From the sequence record SRR22947725_425: a stretch of 59,443 bases of DNA; one strand, given 5' to 3'. The notes under the pieces were generated by a model. That model did no database searches. It was not told the origin of the DNA and was given only the letters and a program-made list of their open reading frames with translations. Positions 1 through 8,261 of this stretch are shown here, piece after piece. The translations under genes and the position numbers were made by a program. Position 1 is the first letter of the stretch; every line of letters begins with the position of its first letter.

Positions 1-42
1 TTTAATAAAATAGTTAAATCTTCCCCAAAATAGTTCGATTTC

Positions 43-59
43 ACTCCCTTAGCCTCCAC
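43..59 (+). other. Isolated 3' fragment of a tRNA-Ala/tmRNA-like gene (candidate att core duplication)
   Basis: ACTCCCTTAGCCTCCAC reads as T-arm 3' side, acceptor strand AGCCTCC (U70 of the Ala G3:U70 identity pair) and discriminator A. GTTCGA lies at 33-38. No 5' half of a tRNA is visible in 1-42. Confidence 0.5.
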
Positions 60-92
60 TTTAAAGCATAGCAAAGCTGTGGACAACATCAT

Positions 93-126
93 AAAAAGCC
101 CTGCAAATGTATTTGTACGGGCTTTG
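93..126. terminator. Imperfect hairpin downstream of the tRNA-like fragment
   Basis: AAAGCCC-TGCAAAT-GT-ATTTGTA-C-GGGCTTT inverted repeat. Confidence 0.5.
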
Positions 127-192
127 TTGATTTTGGACGCCTGGACTGAAAGACAGTTTGCTGTATTTTCTAAAAGGGATTCATGGGAAAAA
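105..192 (+). repeat. Dispersed ~85-90 bp repeat, copy A
   Basis: Hand alignment to 4057-4145 shows about 10 differences in 89 columns; more diverged match to 1831-1913. Confidence 0.9.
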
Positions 193-241
193 TCAAAGGT
201 TAATCCCTCCGACTCCTCGATTAAGTGCAGTACGACTGCGC

Positions 242-295
242 ATTAAGATTCAAAAAACTTACCAAGCTTGCTTGCGTAAGTTTTTTTGTTTTAAT
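242..295. terminator. Long imperfect hairpin with A/T tails upstream of the esterase gene
   Basis: AAAAAACTTAC-CAAG / CTTG-(C)-GTAAGTTTTTT arms with outer ATTAA/TTAAT. Confidence 0.5.
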
Positions 296-343
296 TGCAA
301 TTGCATAAACGAAACATCTTTGAGAGTATTAAAAAAGTAACTT

Positions 344-1477
344 ATGACAACAACAAAACACCTCTTAATCTTGATGTTTACAGCTTTTCTTACCCCGTGT
401 GCTGCGCAGGGATACAGCAATCAAACACTGCAGTACGATGGATTAACAAGACAATACAGTATTTATGTGCCTGCAAGTTATGATGGCACTGTAGAGTTTC
501 CATTGCTGTTCAATTTTCATGGGGGGAATGATGTGATTGCCAGTTGGCAAACATCATCCGATATGAGATCTTTAGCCGACGCTGAGGATTTCATTGTTGT
601 TTATCCCCAAGCACGTCCCGACCTTAGTGACGGGAATTCTTTTAACTGGCTCCCTAAATCAGCAGGGACTTTTGATGACGTGCCGTTTATCAGCGCGTTG
701 ATAGATGCGATTGCCAGTGATTACCAAATAAACCAGAGCAGAATCTATGCTTGCGGCTATTCATTGGGAGGTGAATTCGCTTATGAACTTGGCTGTAAAC
801 TAAACAACAGAATTGCAGCGATTGCGGCTGTTGCCAGAACGATGCAGGCGAATCCGAACAGTTATTGTGCTCCTGTTCATCCGACCGGAGTTCTTACCAT
901 TCTTGGCACAAATGACTCTACTTCGCCGTACAATGGACTGACATACGCTGGTATAGAATATTATCTTTCTGCGGCAGCAACACATAATTATTGGGCAACT
1001 TACAACAATTGCGAAACAACTGCGTCCATGAGCACTGTCAGCTCAAGTGTGGAGCGGTATACTTGGTCCACTGAAGCCGGTTGTGCCTATGTAGAGGAAT
1101 TAAAGGTGATCGGAGGAGGACACGATTGGCCTGGAAGTTTTGGTAATATGACAATTGACACCAACTCCGAAATTTGGCAATTTGTATCCAATTACGACAT
1201 TAATGGATTGATTGAATGTACCACAGCTTCTGTAAATGATTTCAACAGCCATCAAGGAAAATATAAAGCATATCCCAATCCTGTGAATTCTCAGTTAACG
1301 ATAGAAATAGATATTGCAGAGGAAAAAAAATACAGAATTTACTCAACGGTTGGAAAACTTTTGATAAGTGGAACACTGAATTCTAAAACCAATAAAATCG
1401 ATCTGTCATCATTGCCATATAATGTCTATTTTTTAAAAATTAACAATCAAACAATAAAGTTTGTAAAAGCTGAATAA
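344..1477 (+). CDS. Secreted alpha/beta-hydrolase esterase (PHB-depolymerase/LpqC-like, CE1-like) with T9SS C-terminal domain
   Basis: Signal peptide; FHGG; GYSLGG nucleophile elbow; GGGHDWPG catalytic His; YPNP...IDLSSL...YFLKI T9SS CTD. Confidence 0.8.
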   Translation: MTTTKHLLILMFTAFLTPCAAQGYSNQTLQYDGLTRQYSIYVPASYDGTVEFPLLFNFHGGNDVIASWQTSSDMRSLADAEDFIVVYPQARPDLSDGNSFNWLPKSAGTFDDVPFISALIDAIASDYQINQSRIYACGYSLGGEFAYELGCKLNNRIAAIAAVARTMQANPNSYCAPVHPTGVLTILGTNDSTSPYNGLTYAGIEYYLSAAATHNYWATYNNCETTASMSTVSSSVERYTWSTEAGCAYVEELKVIGGGHDWPGSFGNMTIDTNSEIWQFVSNYDINGLIECTTASVNDFNSHQGKYKAYPNPVNSQLTIEIDIAEEKKYRIYSTVGKLLISGTLNSKTNKIDLSSLPYNVYFLKINNQTIKFVKAE

Positions 1478-1608
1478 ACAAAAAACAAACGCACTGTATA
1501 CAAACAATTTAAAAACAACAAAACGCATAAAGAAATATAGTAGTCAGCAGCTCAAAAAGCTGAATACAAGCATAGAAAGCTATTCACTAACTCTGTTGGT
1601 GTAGTGTG

Positions 1609-1836
1609 TTATTTTAAATCCATGGAAATGACTTGTTTTGTTTTTCGGCTTTTTCCCGCCATAAATCCCATTATATGACTTTCAATAGAAGCATCAATTG
1701 TTGATGTTAATACGTTTGAATCTTGTCTTTTTACAGCGCGTATCCAATCTGTAACCAATGCCCAGTCACCACCGCCATGTCCGCTATTTTTATAATCACC
1801 AACATCTTTAACATTGATGTCCCATTTAGTGACTTT
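1609..1836 (-). pseudogene. C-terminal remnant of a Gfo/Idh/MocA-family oxidoreductase
   Basis: GHGGGD...LVTDWIRAV...STIDASIESHIMGF is typical of the family C-terminus. The N-terminal Rossmann domain is absent and the 5' end runs into repeat copy B. Confidence 0.7.
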
Positions 1837-1913
1837 CTTGGTATTGGGCGTCTGCAATGAACAGACCGTTTACTGTGTTTTTTAAAGGGAATTAAAGGAA
1901 AAACGAAAGTTAA
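1831..1913 (+). repeat. Dispersed repeat, copy B (most diverged)
   Basis: gactttcttggtattgggcgtctgcaatgaacagaccgtttactgtgttttttaaagggaattaaaggaaaaacgaaagttaa aligns colinearly with copies A and C at roughly 70% identity by eye. Confidence 0.75.
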
Positions 1914-1982
1914 CTCTTTGCTACTTGAATACTAAACCTAAGTATAAGCAGTTTTTGTCTCATTTATGATGAATAAATCTGT

Positions 1983-1990
1983 TATTTTTG
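1983..1990 (+). promoter_or_regulatory. Bacteroidota -7 promoter box
   Basis: TATTTTTG matches TAnnTTTG, 27 nt before the ABC-F ATG. Confidence 0.5.
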
Positions 1991-2017
1991 GCAAACTAAA
2001 AGCAAACCATATGCCCT

Positions 2018-3913
2018 ATGCTTAATGCCCATAAACTGAGTCTCTTTTTTGGTGGTACGCCTCTTTTTGAAGACCTATCTTTTCGATTGGGCGCAGGGGA
2101 TCGCGTAGGACTGATTGGGAAGAATGGGGCTGGCAAATCGACCTTGCTTAAAATAATTTCAGGGGATCTCTCTGTAGATTCTGGACAACTCGCAACCGAA
2201 AAAGCCTTGCAAATTGGGTTTCTGCGTCAGGATATTGATTTTGTAGTTGGGCGTACCGTCCGTCAGGAAGCCCGTTCGGCGTTCCCAAAACTGTTGAGTC
2301 TTGAAAAAAGCATTGCTCAAATCAATCAGGAACTTACCACACGAACAGATTACGAAAGCGAAGATTATAACGCCCTTTTACACAAGGTAAGTGAGTACAA
2401 TGAGCAGTTTCAACAATTGGGAGGGTATACTTTTGAAGGAGAAGCCGAAAAAATATTGTTGGGGTTGGGTTTTAAAACTGAAGATCTTGACCAACAGACT
2501 TCGAATTTTTCAGGAGGATGGCGAATGCGTATCGAGCTGGCAAAACTCCTTTTACAAGACAATGATTTATTGCTTCTCGATGAACCTACAAACCATTTGG
2601 ATATTGAGTCTATTATGTGGTTTGAAGGGTTTTTAAAAAAGTTTAAAGGCGGTTTGTTGCTGGTGTCTCACGACAAAATGTTTTTGGACAATGTCACCAA
2701 CCGAACCATGGAGATTTCGGCCCAACGCCTATACGATTTTAAAAAACCTTATTCGCAGTTTTTATTGCTCCGGGACGAAATACGCACGCAACAACGTGCC
2801 ACTCAAAAAAACCAAGCCAAAGAAATTGCACGAACCGAACAACTAATCGATCGTTTTCGGGCGAAGGCTTCTAAGGCGAGTATGGCGCAATCGTTGGCCA
2901 AAAGATTGGACAAAATTGAACGTGTAGAGGTCGATGCCGAAGAAACCCAAACGATGAAAGTGCGCTTTCCCACCGCAATTCGTCCAGGGAAGGTGGTCAT
3001 TAATGTGGAAGACCTCAGCAAGTCTTATGGCTCTAAAGAGGTGCTTAAGCACGTAACTATGACCGTAGAACGAGGGAATAAAATTGCCTTTGTCGGTCAG
3101 AATGGGCAGGGGAAAAGTACATTGGCCAAGGCCATTGTACGCGAATTGGACTATAATGGTACCTGTTCACTGGGGCATAATGTGTTGTTGGGGTATTTCG
3201 CTCAAAACCAAGCAGACCATCTCAACGGATCGGAAACAGTATTGGAAGCAGCTATCACCAGTTCAAACGAATCAAATCGTTCCAAGGTTAGAGATTATTT
3301 GGGGGCTTTTTTATTTAGAGGAGAAGCCGTTGACAAAAAGGTTCGGGTTCTTTCTGGAGGAGAACGAAATCGGTTGGCACTTTGCAAGCTGATGTTACAG
3401 CCCTTTAATGTGCTTGTAATGGACGAACCCACCAATCATTTGGACATCCAATCTAAAAACGTTTTGAAAGAAGCCCTTGCTGCTTATGAAGGCACGCTGA
3501 TCTTGGTGTCTCACGATCGTGAGTTTCTTCAGGGCCTAGCAGACAAGGTATACGCTTTTAGCGACAAGCAGGTTAAGGTCTTTCTTGGTGATATCGATCA
3601 GTACCTTGCCCACAAGGGATCGGCATCACTCGACACGCTTGCGCAGCCTGTTCGTGAGGAGGCCAAAACCAAAATATCGGATCCCAAACAATCAAAAGCA
3701 TACCGCCAACTTAAAAACAAGGTCAGTACAATCGAAAGAAAGATTTCGACTCTCGAAGCCGATATAAAGGAAAAAGATGCGCTTATAGCAACGGTATACG
3801 ATACCCTAACACCAGCCTTTCATAACGATTATAACGCCGCCAAAAAAACATTATCAGAAAATATAAATGCATGGGAAGCGGCTCTTTTGGGCTTGGAAAA
3901 GTATGAGAATTAG
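2018..3913 (+). CDS. ABC-F family ATP-binding protein (ribosome-associated)
   Basis: Two ABC domains (GKNGAGKST, FSGGW, LLLDEPTNHLD; GQNGQGKST, LSGGE, MDEPTNHLD), no TM segments, C-terminal coiled coil. Confidence 0.95.
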   Translation: MLNAHKLSLFFGGTPLFEDLSFRLGAGDRVGLIGKNGAGKSTLLKIISGDLSVDSGQLATEKALQIGFLRQDIDFVVGRTVRQEARSAFPKLLSLEKSIAQINQELTTRTDYESEDYNALLHKVSEYNEQFQQLGGYTFEGEAEKILLGLGFKTEDLDQQTSNFSGGWRMRIELAKLLLQDNDLLLLDEPTNHLDIESIMWFEGFLKKFKGGLLLVSHDKMFLDNVTNRTMEISAQRLYDFKKPYSQFLLLRDEIRTQQRATQKNQAKEIARTEQLIDRFRAKASKASMAQSLAKRLDKIERVEVDAEETQTMKVRFPTAIRPGKVVINVEDLSKSYGSKEVLKHVTMTVERGNKIAFVGQNGQGKSTLAKAIVRELDYNGTCSLGHNVLLGYFAQNQADHLNGSETVLEAAITSSNESNRSKVRDYLGAFLFRGEAVDKKVRVLSGGERNRLALCKLMLQPFNVLVMDEPTNHLDIQSKNVLKEALAAYEGTLILVSHDREFLQGLADKVYAFSDKQVKVFLGDIDQYLAHKGSASLDTLAQPVREEAKTKISDPKQSKAYRQLKNKVSTIERKISTLEADIKEKDALIATVYDTLTPAFHNDYNAAKKTLSENINAWEAALLGLEKYEN

Positions 3914-4056
3914 GGTGATTTGTTTGAGATCAAAAACATCCATGCCTTATTATACCCTTTTTGAGGCAGTAGTTAATAATTATAGGTATTAGTAAATTAT
4001 TAATGGATACCTAAACGTTGTATGTCATTAAACACAATAGGTACTCTCCCAAAATT

Positions 4057-4145
4057 AAATGCATTTGTAAGGGCTTTGTTGGTTTTGGACGCCTAAACTG
4101 AAAGGACAGTCTGCTGTATTTTCTAAAAAGGATTAAAGGGAAAAA
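4057..4145 (+). repeat. Dispersed repeat, copy C
   Basis: About 88% identical to 105-192 by hand alignment. Confidence 0.9.
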
Positions 4146-4306
4146 CCGAACGGGAACTACATCTTAATCTTCTTTCTGATTTTGAGTTCATGCGCTAGTT
4201 TGAATAATAATAACCCGCTGTATTTATAAACGTTAGTCCATTGAATTTAGAGCTGTTTTTAAAGAATAGGGTATTGTATTTTATTCAAAAAAACTCCATA
4301 TTTTTT

Positions 4307-4314
4307 TAAATTTG
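4307..4314 (+). promoter_or_regulatory. Bacteroidota -7 promoter box
   Basis: TAAATTTG; its position argues for ATG 4357 rather than TTG 4324 as the start. Confidence 0.55.
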
Positions 4315-4356
4315 TAAAACAATTTGTTTTCAATATCCGTATTGGAACCTAACATT

Positions 4357-5103
4357 ATGTTCAATACAACTCATCGTTTTTTCAAATTATCTACGCTTCT
4401 GATTCTCTTCATAGGTAGTGCCAGTTGCAGTAGTGACATAGAAGAAATAAACACATCGCTACCCGTTGAACAAATCCCAACAACACCCCCTGATGTAAAC
4501 TCGGTTCGTTACTTAGCCATTGGTGACAGCTACACTGTTGGAGAAGGGCTGGATAAAGAACAAAGTTGGCCTTATCAATTGAAACAAAAATTACTTGAAA
4601 ACGGAGTTGAGGAAGTGGCCCTAACGGTTATAGGTGGTACAGGGTTAACTACGATTGAGGTAACGCGACTCATCGACGTGGCTACATTTGAAGAACCCTT
4701 CGATATCATTTCAATACAAATTGGTGTGAATAATCAGTATCGAGGCCAGGGCGTTGAACAGTTTAGTAGCGAACTCAATGCTATGTTGGAAGAAATTGAG
4801 TCCAATGCTTATTTAAAATACGCCAAAAGATTTGCCCTTTCAATACCAGACTGGGGTGCTACGCCTTATGGGAAGTCTTATAATCGAACACAAGTTGCTC
4901 GTGAAATCAACGAATACAATGCGCTGAAAAAAAAGGCATGTCAGGGAAGGTCTATTCCATTTATTAACATTACAGAACTTTCAAGAGCGAATCCTGATAA
5001 TGCTGCATGGGTTGTACAGGACGGCTTACATCCTAGTGAATCTATGTATGCCGCTTGGGTTGAAAAGATATTTCCGGTTGTAAAACCATTAATACAGTCT
5101 TAA
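4357..5103 (+). CDS. SGNH/GDSL hydrolase lipoprotein
   Basis: AIGDSYT block I, GVNN block III, DGLHP block V; lipobox-like SASC. Confidence 0.9.
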   Translation: MFNTTHRFFKLSTLLILFIGSASCSSDIEEINTSLPVEQIPTTPPDVNSVRYLAIGDSYTVGEGLDKEQSWPYQLKQKLLENGVEEVALTVIGGTGLTTIEVTRLIDVATFEEPFDIISIQIGVNNQYRGQGVEQFSSELNAMLEEIESNAYLKYAKRFALSIPDWGATPYGKSYNRTQVAREINEYNALKKKACQGRSIPFINITELSRANPDNAAWVVQDGLHPSESMYAAWVEKIFPVVKPLIQS

Positions 5104-5352
5104 TCTCCTGCTGGTTTTAAAGTAATCCAAAAAAGGCTTTTTTAGATGGGAATTCCTGTTATAAAAGTTAAAAAACCGCTTCAAAATTTCTTGCCGCTTA
5201 TTGAACGTATTACAAAAATGCATTCATCTCAAAAAAATGAGATTACTATATTTTGAATCAAATGTTATACTTTTTAAATAAAATAAACAATTAATATTTA
5301 AATAATTATTGTTTTTTAGCTGCTTATTTCAACAAAATAACAATCAACAACA

Positions 5353-7479
5353 ATGAAACATATCTATACTTTATTCATAGCACTTATAGCAAGTGTAACT
5401 TTTGGACAGTATGCTGTAGGTACATCTACCCTCTTTTCTGGAGGTGGTGCGGCTTACCCTCATGTCCTAATTGCTGCAACACCAGCTGACGGAAATACTG
5501 GTGAAGCTGTAACAATGGTAATGAACGTAACTTCTTTACCCGCAGGAGGCGCTAATTTTAGGATTTACAAAACAAATGCTGGTGGTACTGGTGTTTTTGG
5601 AAGTACTCTCGCAATAACTTTGGGTGAAAACACTATTACTGTAGCTGCTGTTGATTTTGCACGTGCGGTTAAATTTCAATTCGATACTGCTGCTGCTGAT
5701 GTTGAATTTGATCAAGTTTCCATAAATGGTGTTGAACTATTAGGAAATGTAGACTTTAAAACGGGGTATGCAAGCGGAGAATTATCAAACAATCCGAATT
5801 GGAAAGCTGGTACTGGTAAATACGTTGTTGACCCAGCTGCTGGAACAGCAACTGTAGAAGCCGATTATGCCAAAGCCGTGATGGGCCAACCCTTCAAAAT
5901 GATGGCTGACGGAGATGCGTTAACATATAAGTTGGATTTTGCTCTTAATAGCACACTAGGTTCAGCAAATAAAATTCTTTTGCGGAGTGGATTTACTCAT
6001 GTTAATGGTACTGGTTCTTCCGGTGCTAACGAAAACGTGGTTCATATCAGTATAAACAGCTGGAATGGGTCACTTGCTGTGCGAAATAATTCCAATGTTG
6101 GAGATGAAGCTAGTGGTTTTCAAGGTGTATTCTTAAACCCTGCTGATGTGAATAATGCAACGGTTTCTATTGAAGTAACTTTAACTCTAGGGGCTGATGC
6201 AGCTAGTTCTACAATTTCAGGAAAACTTGTAAGCTCCACTGGCAATGAATCAACTGTAGGTTCTTATACAGGTATTCAAGACGCTCTATATACTGCTGCA
6301 ACGACTGGTGATGGAATTTACGCAATGTTTAATAGCGCAGCATTGAGTCAGTGTGGTGCTGATGGTGGCCCACTTACTGGTGGCGTATCTTTATCTAATT
6401 TAAGTGTTACTCCTCCAGCTACAGCGGATACTACCGCTCCAGTAATTACTTTAGCTGGTGATGCGGTTATGGAACTTACTGTTGGTGATACCTATACTGA
6501 TCCCGGTTTTTCGGCTAGTGACGATACGGATGGTGACTTAACAAACAGCGTTGTTGTTGCTGGTGACACTGTTGATACCAATGCCGCTGGGCAGTACATA
6601 GTAACGTATAATGTTTCTGATGCTGCTGGAAATACTGCTTCAGAAGTTACTAGAACTGTAAATGTTAGTGCACCTGCTGCTCCTGCAGCGCTTTCGCTTC
6701 AAGGGATTATGGATATCGATGTTGCTGGAGGTGTTGGAAAAGCGATCCATCTTGTTGTAATTTCTGATATTTCAGATTTATCTATCTATGAGATTGGCTC
6801 TGCCAATAACCAACAAGGAACTGATGGACCGGAATTCACATTTCCAGACATTGCTGCAACTGCAGGGCAACACATTCTAGTCACTAATTCAGCATCTGAT
6901 GCTACAGGCGCTGATGTATTCTTGAATGGCTATTTAAACGCAAGTGTCCTTTTTGATGTAGTAATTAACGGAGCTTCTGCCGCACTTCAAGGAAATGGAA
7001 ATGATGCATACGAACTCTTTAGTAATGGTGTAGTCATTGAAACATTTGGAGTAACAGGAAATGTAGGTGATGATTCACAGTCTAGCGATTATTCAATGGA
7101 ATGGGCGTATAATGACTCATGGGCTTATAAAGTTGATGACGCTTGGACCTACGGAGGTCCTAACTGTACCGATAGCTCAACAACAACATGGGACTCTAAT
7201 TGTGTATACCCATTTGCGGTAGGAAAAGAAACATTAGGCGTAGCTGCTAACAGCACCCTTCAAAGTGTTGTTGCGTATCCGAATCCAACACGTGATTTCT
7301 GGAACGTAGAAGCTACTTCAACATTGAAAAGCGTACAGCTATTTGATGTAGTAGGTAGAGAACTCATGCGCTTTGAGCCAAATGCGAATACTGTTCGTAT
7401 TTCTACAAAAACATTGAAAAGCGGAATTTACTTCGCCAAAATCAATGATGGAGAAATGATGAAACTTATCAAGCGATAA
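5353..7479 (+). CDS. Multidomain T9SS-secreted protein (two unknown beta-rich domains, DUF5011/HYR-like Ig domain, lamin-tail-like domain, CTD)
   Basis: Signal peptide; DTTAPVITLAGD...YTDPGFSASDDTDGDLT...YNVSDAAGN Ig repeat; NGNDAYELF...VIETFG; YPNP...LKSGIYF CTD. Confidence 0.75.
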   Translation: MKHIYTLFIALIASVTFGQYAVGTSTLFSGGGAAYPHVLIAATPADGNTGEAVTMVMNVTSLPAGGANFRIYKTNAGGTGVFGSTLAITLGENTITVAAVDFARAVKFQFDTAAADVEFDQVSINGVELLGNVDFKTGYASGELSNNPNWKAGTGKYVVDPAAGTATVEADYAKAVMGQPFKMMADGDALTYKLDFALNSTLGSANKILLRSGFTHVNGTGSSGANENVVHISINSWNGSLAVRNNSNVGDEASGFQGVFLNPADVNNATVSIEVTLTLGADAASSTISGKLVSSTGNESTVGSYTGIQDALYTAATTGDGIYAMFNSAALSQCGADGGPLTGGVSLSNLSVTPPATADTTAPVITLAGDAVMELTVGDTYTDPGFSASDDTDGDLTNSVVVAGDTVDTNAAGQYIVTYNVSDAAGNTASEVTRTVNVSAPAAPAALSLQGIMDIDVAGGVGKAIHLVVISDISDLSIYEIGSANNQQGTDGPEFTFPDIAATAGQHILVTNSASDATGADVFLNGYLNASVLFDVVINGASAALQGNGNDAYELFSNGVVIETFGVTGNVGDDSQSSDYSMEWAYNDSWAYKVDDAWTYGGPNCTDSSTTTWDSNCVYPFAVGKETLGVAANSTLQSVVAYPNPTRDFWNVEATSTLKSVQLFDVVGRELMRFEPNANTVRISTKTLKSGIYFAKINDGEMMKLIKR

Positions 7480-7498
7480 GCAACGTCTTAACAACTAT

Positions 7499-7531
7499 AA
7501 AAAGCCCCTACGAATTGTAGGGGCTTTTTTT
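7499..7531. terminator. Rho-independent terminator
   Basis: AAAAAGCCCCTAC-GAATT-GTAGGGGCTTTTTTT. Confidence 0.9.
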
Positions 7532-7695
7532 ATAGCTATATTTTAGTGAATTCGCGATTTTGATAAAAAGCTCCAGTGCACAATCAAGGCACTTGCAAAA
7601 AACGCAACCCCGATACTATATTCAATCAAAGTACTTAAATCGTGTTTTATTTTTTTTAACTTAGTAAAGAACAAAACCCAAATCTGTTCTACACG

Positions 7696-8235
7696 ATGAA
7701 CTTACTTAAACTTAAATTTCCCATTGGGAAATACAACACAACTTATACACCAAGCGAGCCATTGATAAAGCAATGGATAAAAGACATTGAGGCATTTCCA
7801 GAAACAGTTGAAGCGCTAACAACGGGTATTTCTAATGAAGCGCTTTTGTGGAACTACAGACCTGATGGCTGGAACGTAAAACAAGTTATTCATCATTGCG
7901 CAGACAGTCATATGAATGCTGTTATTCGTTTTAAGTTGGCCCTAACAGAAGATACGCCAACTATCCGACCCTACTTTGAGGAGAGGTGGGCAAAATTATC
8001 AGACACATTGAATAATGATATTTGCGACTCCATAATGCTCTTAAAAGGATTGCATAAAAAATGGGGTACGCTTTTAACCCGTTTAACAGCTGAACAACTG
8101 AAACTACCATTTATCCATCCAGAGCAAGGAAGAAAAATTACGCTACAAGAAAACATAGGCATCTATGCGTGGCATTGCAACCACCATCTAGCGCATATTA
8201 AAAATGGGATTGCCTCAAAGGGCAAATACAATTAA
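7696..8235 (+). CDS. YfiT/DinB-family metal-dependent (bacillithiol) transferase
   Basis: LKFPIG, YRPDGWNVKQVIHHCADSH, YAWHCNHHLAHI motifs. Confidence 0.9.
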   Translation: MNLLKLKFPIGKYNTTYTPSEPLIKQWIKDIEAFPETVEALTTGISNEALLWNYRPDGWNVKQVIHHCADSHMNAVIRFKLALTEDTPTIRPYFEERWAKLSDTLNNDICDSIMLLKGLHKKWGTLLTRLTAEQLKLPFIHPEQGRKITLQENIGIYAWHCNHHLAHIKNGIASKGKYN

Positions 8236-8261
8236 CAGCTTCAAAACAGAGCACCATAAAC

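Noticed and set aside
1-60. Intact tRNA gene
   Set aside because: Only a 3' fragment is recognisable; positions 1-42 do not form D or anticodon arms, and the T-loop is interrupted
158-483. ORFs 158-340 and 295-483
   Set aside because: Short TTG-start ORFs overlapping the repeat, hairpin and esterase gene, with no recognisable motifs
2018-3913. ABC-F as an antibiotic-resistance (ARE) gene in an island
   Set aside because: Nothing visible distinguishes it from housekeeping ABC-F proteins; a phylogeny would be needed
105-4145. Repeats as a CRISPR array or IS element
   Set aside because: The units are ~85 bp, degenerate and kilobases apart, with no cas genes, transposase, terminal inverted repeats or visible target-site duplications
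4013-4240. Canonical integron attC sites
   Set aside because: GTTGTAT and GTTAGTC do not match GTTRRRY, no paired RYYYAAC box was found and there is no intI in the window
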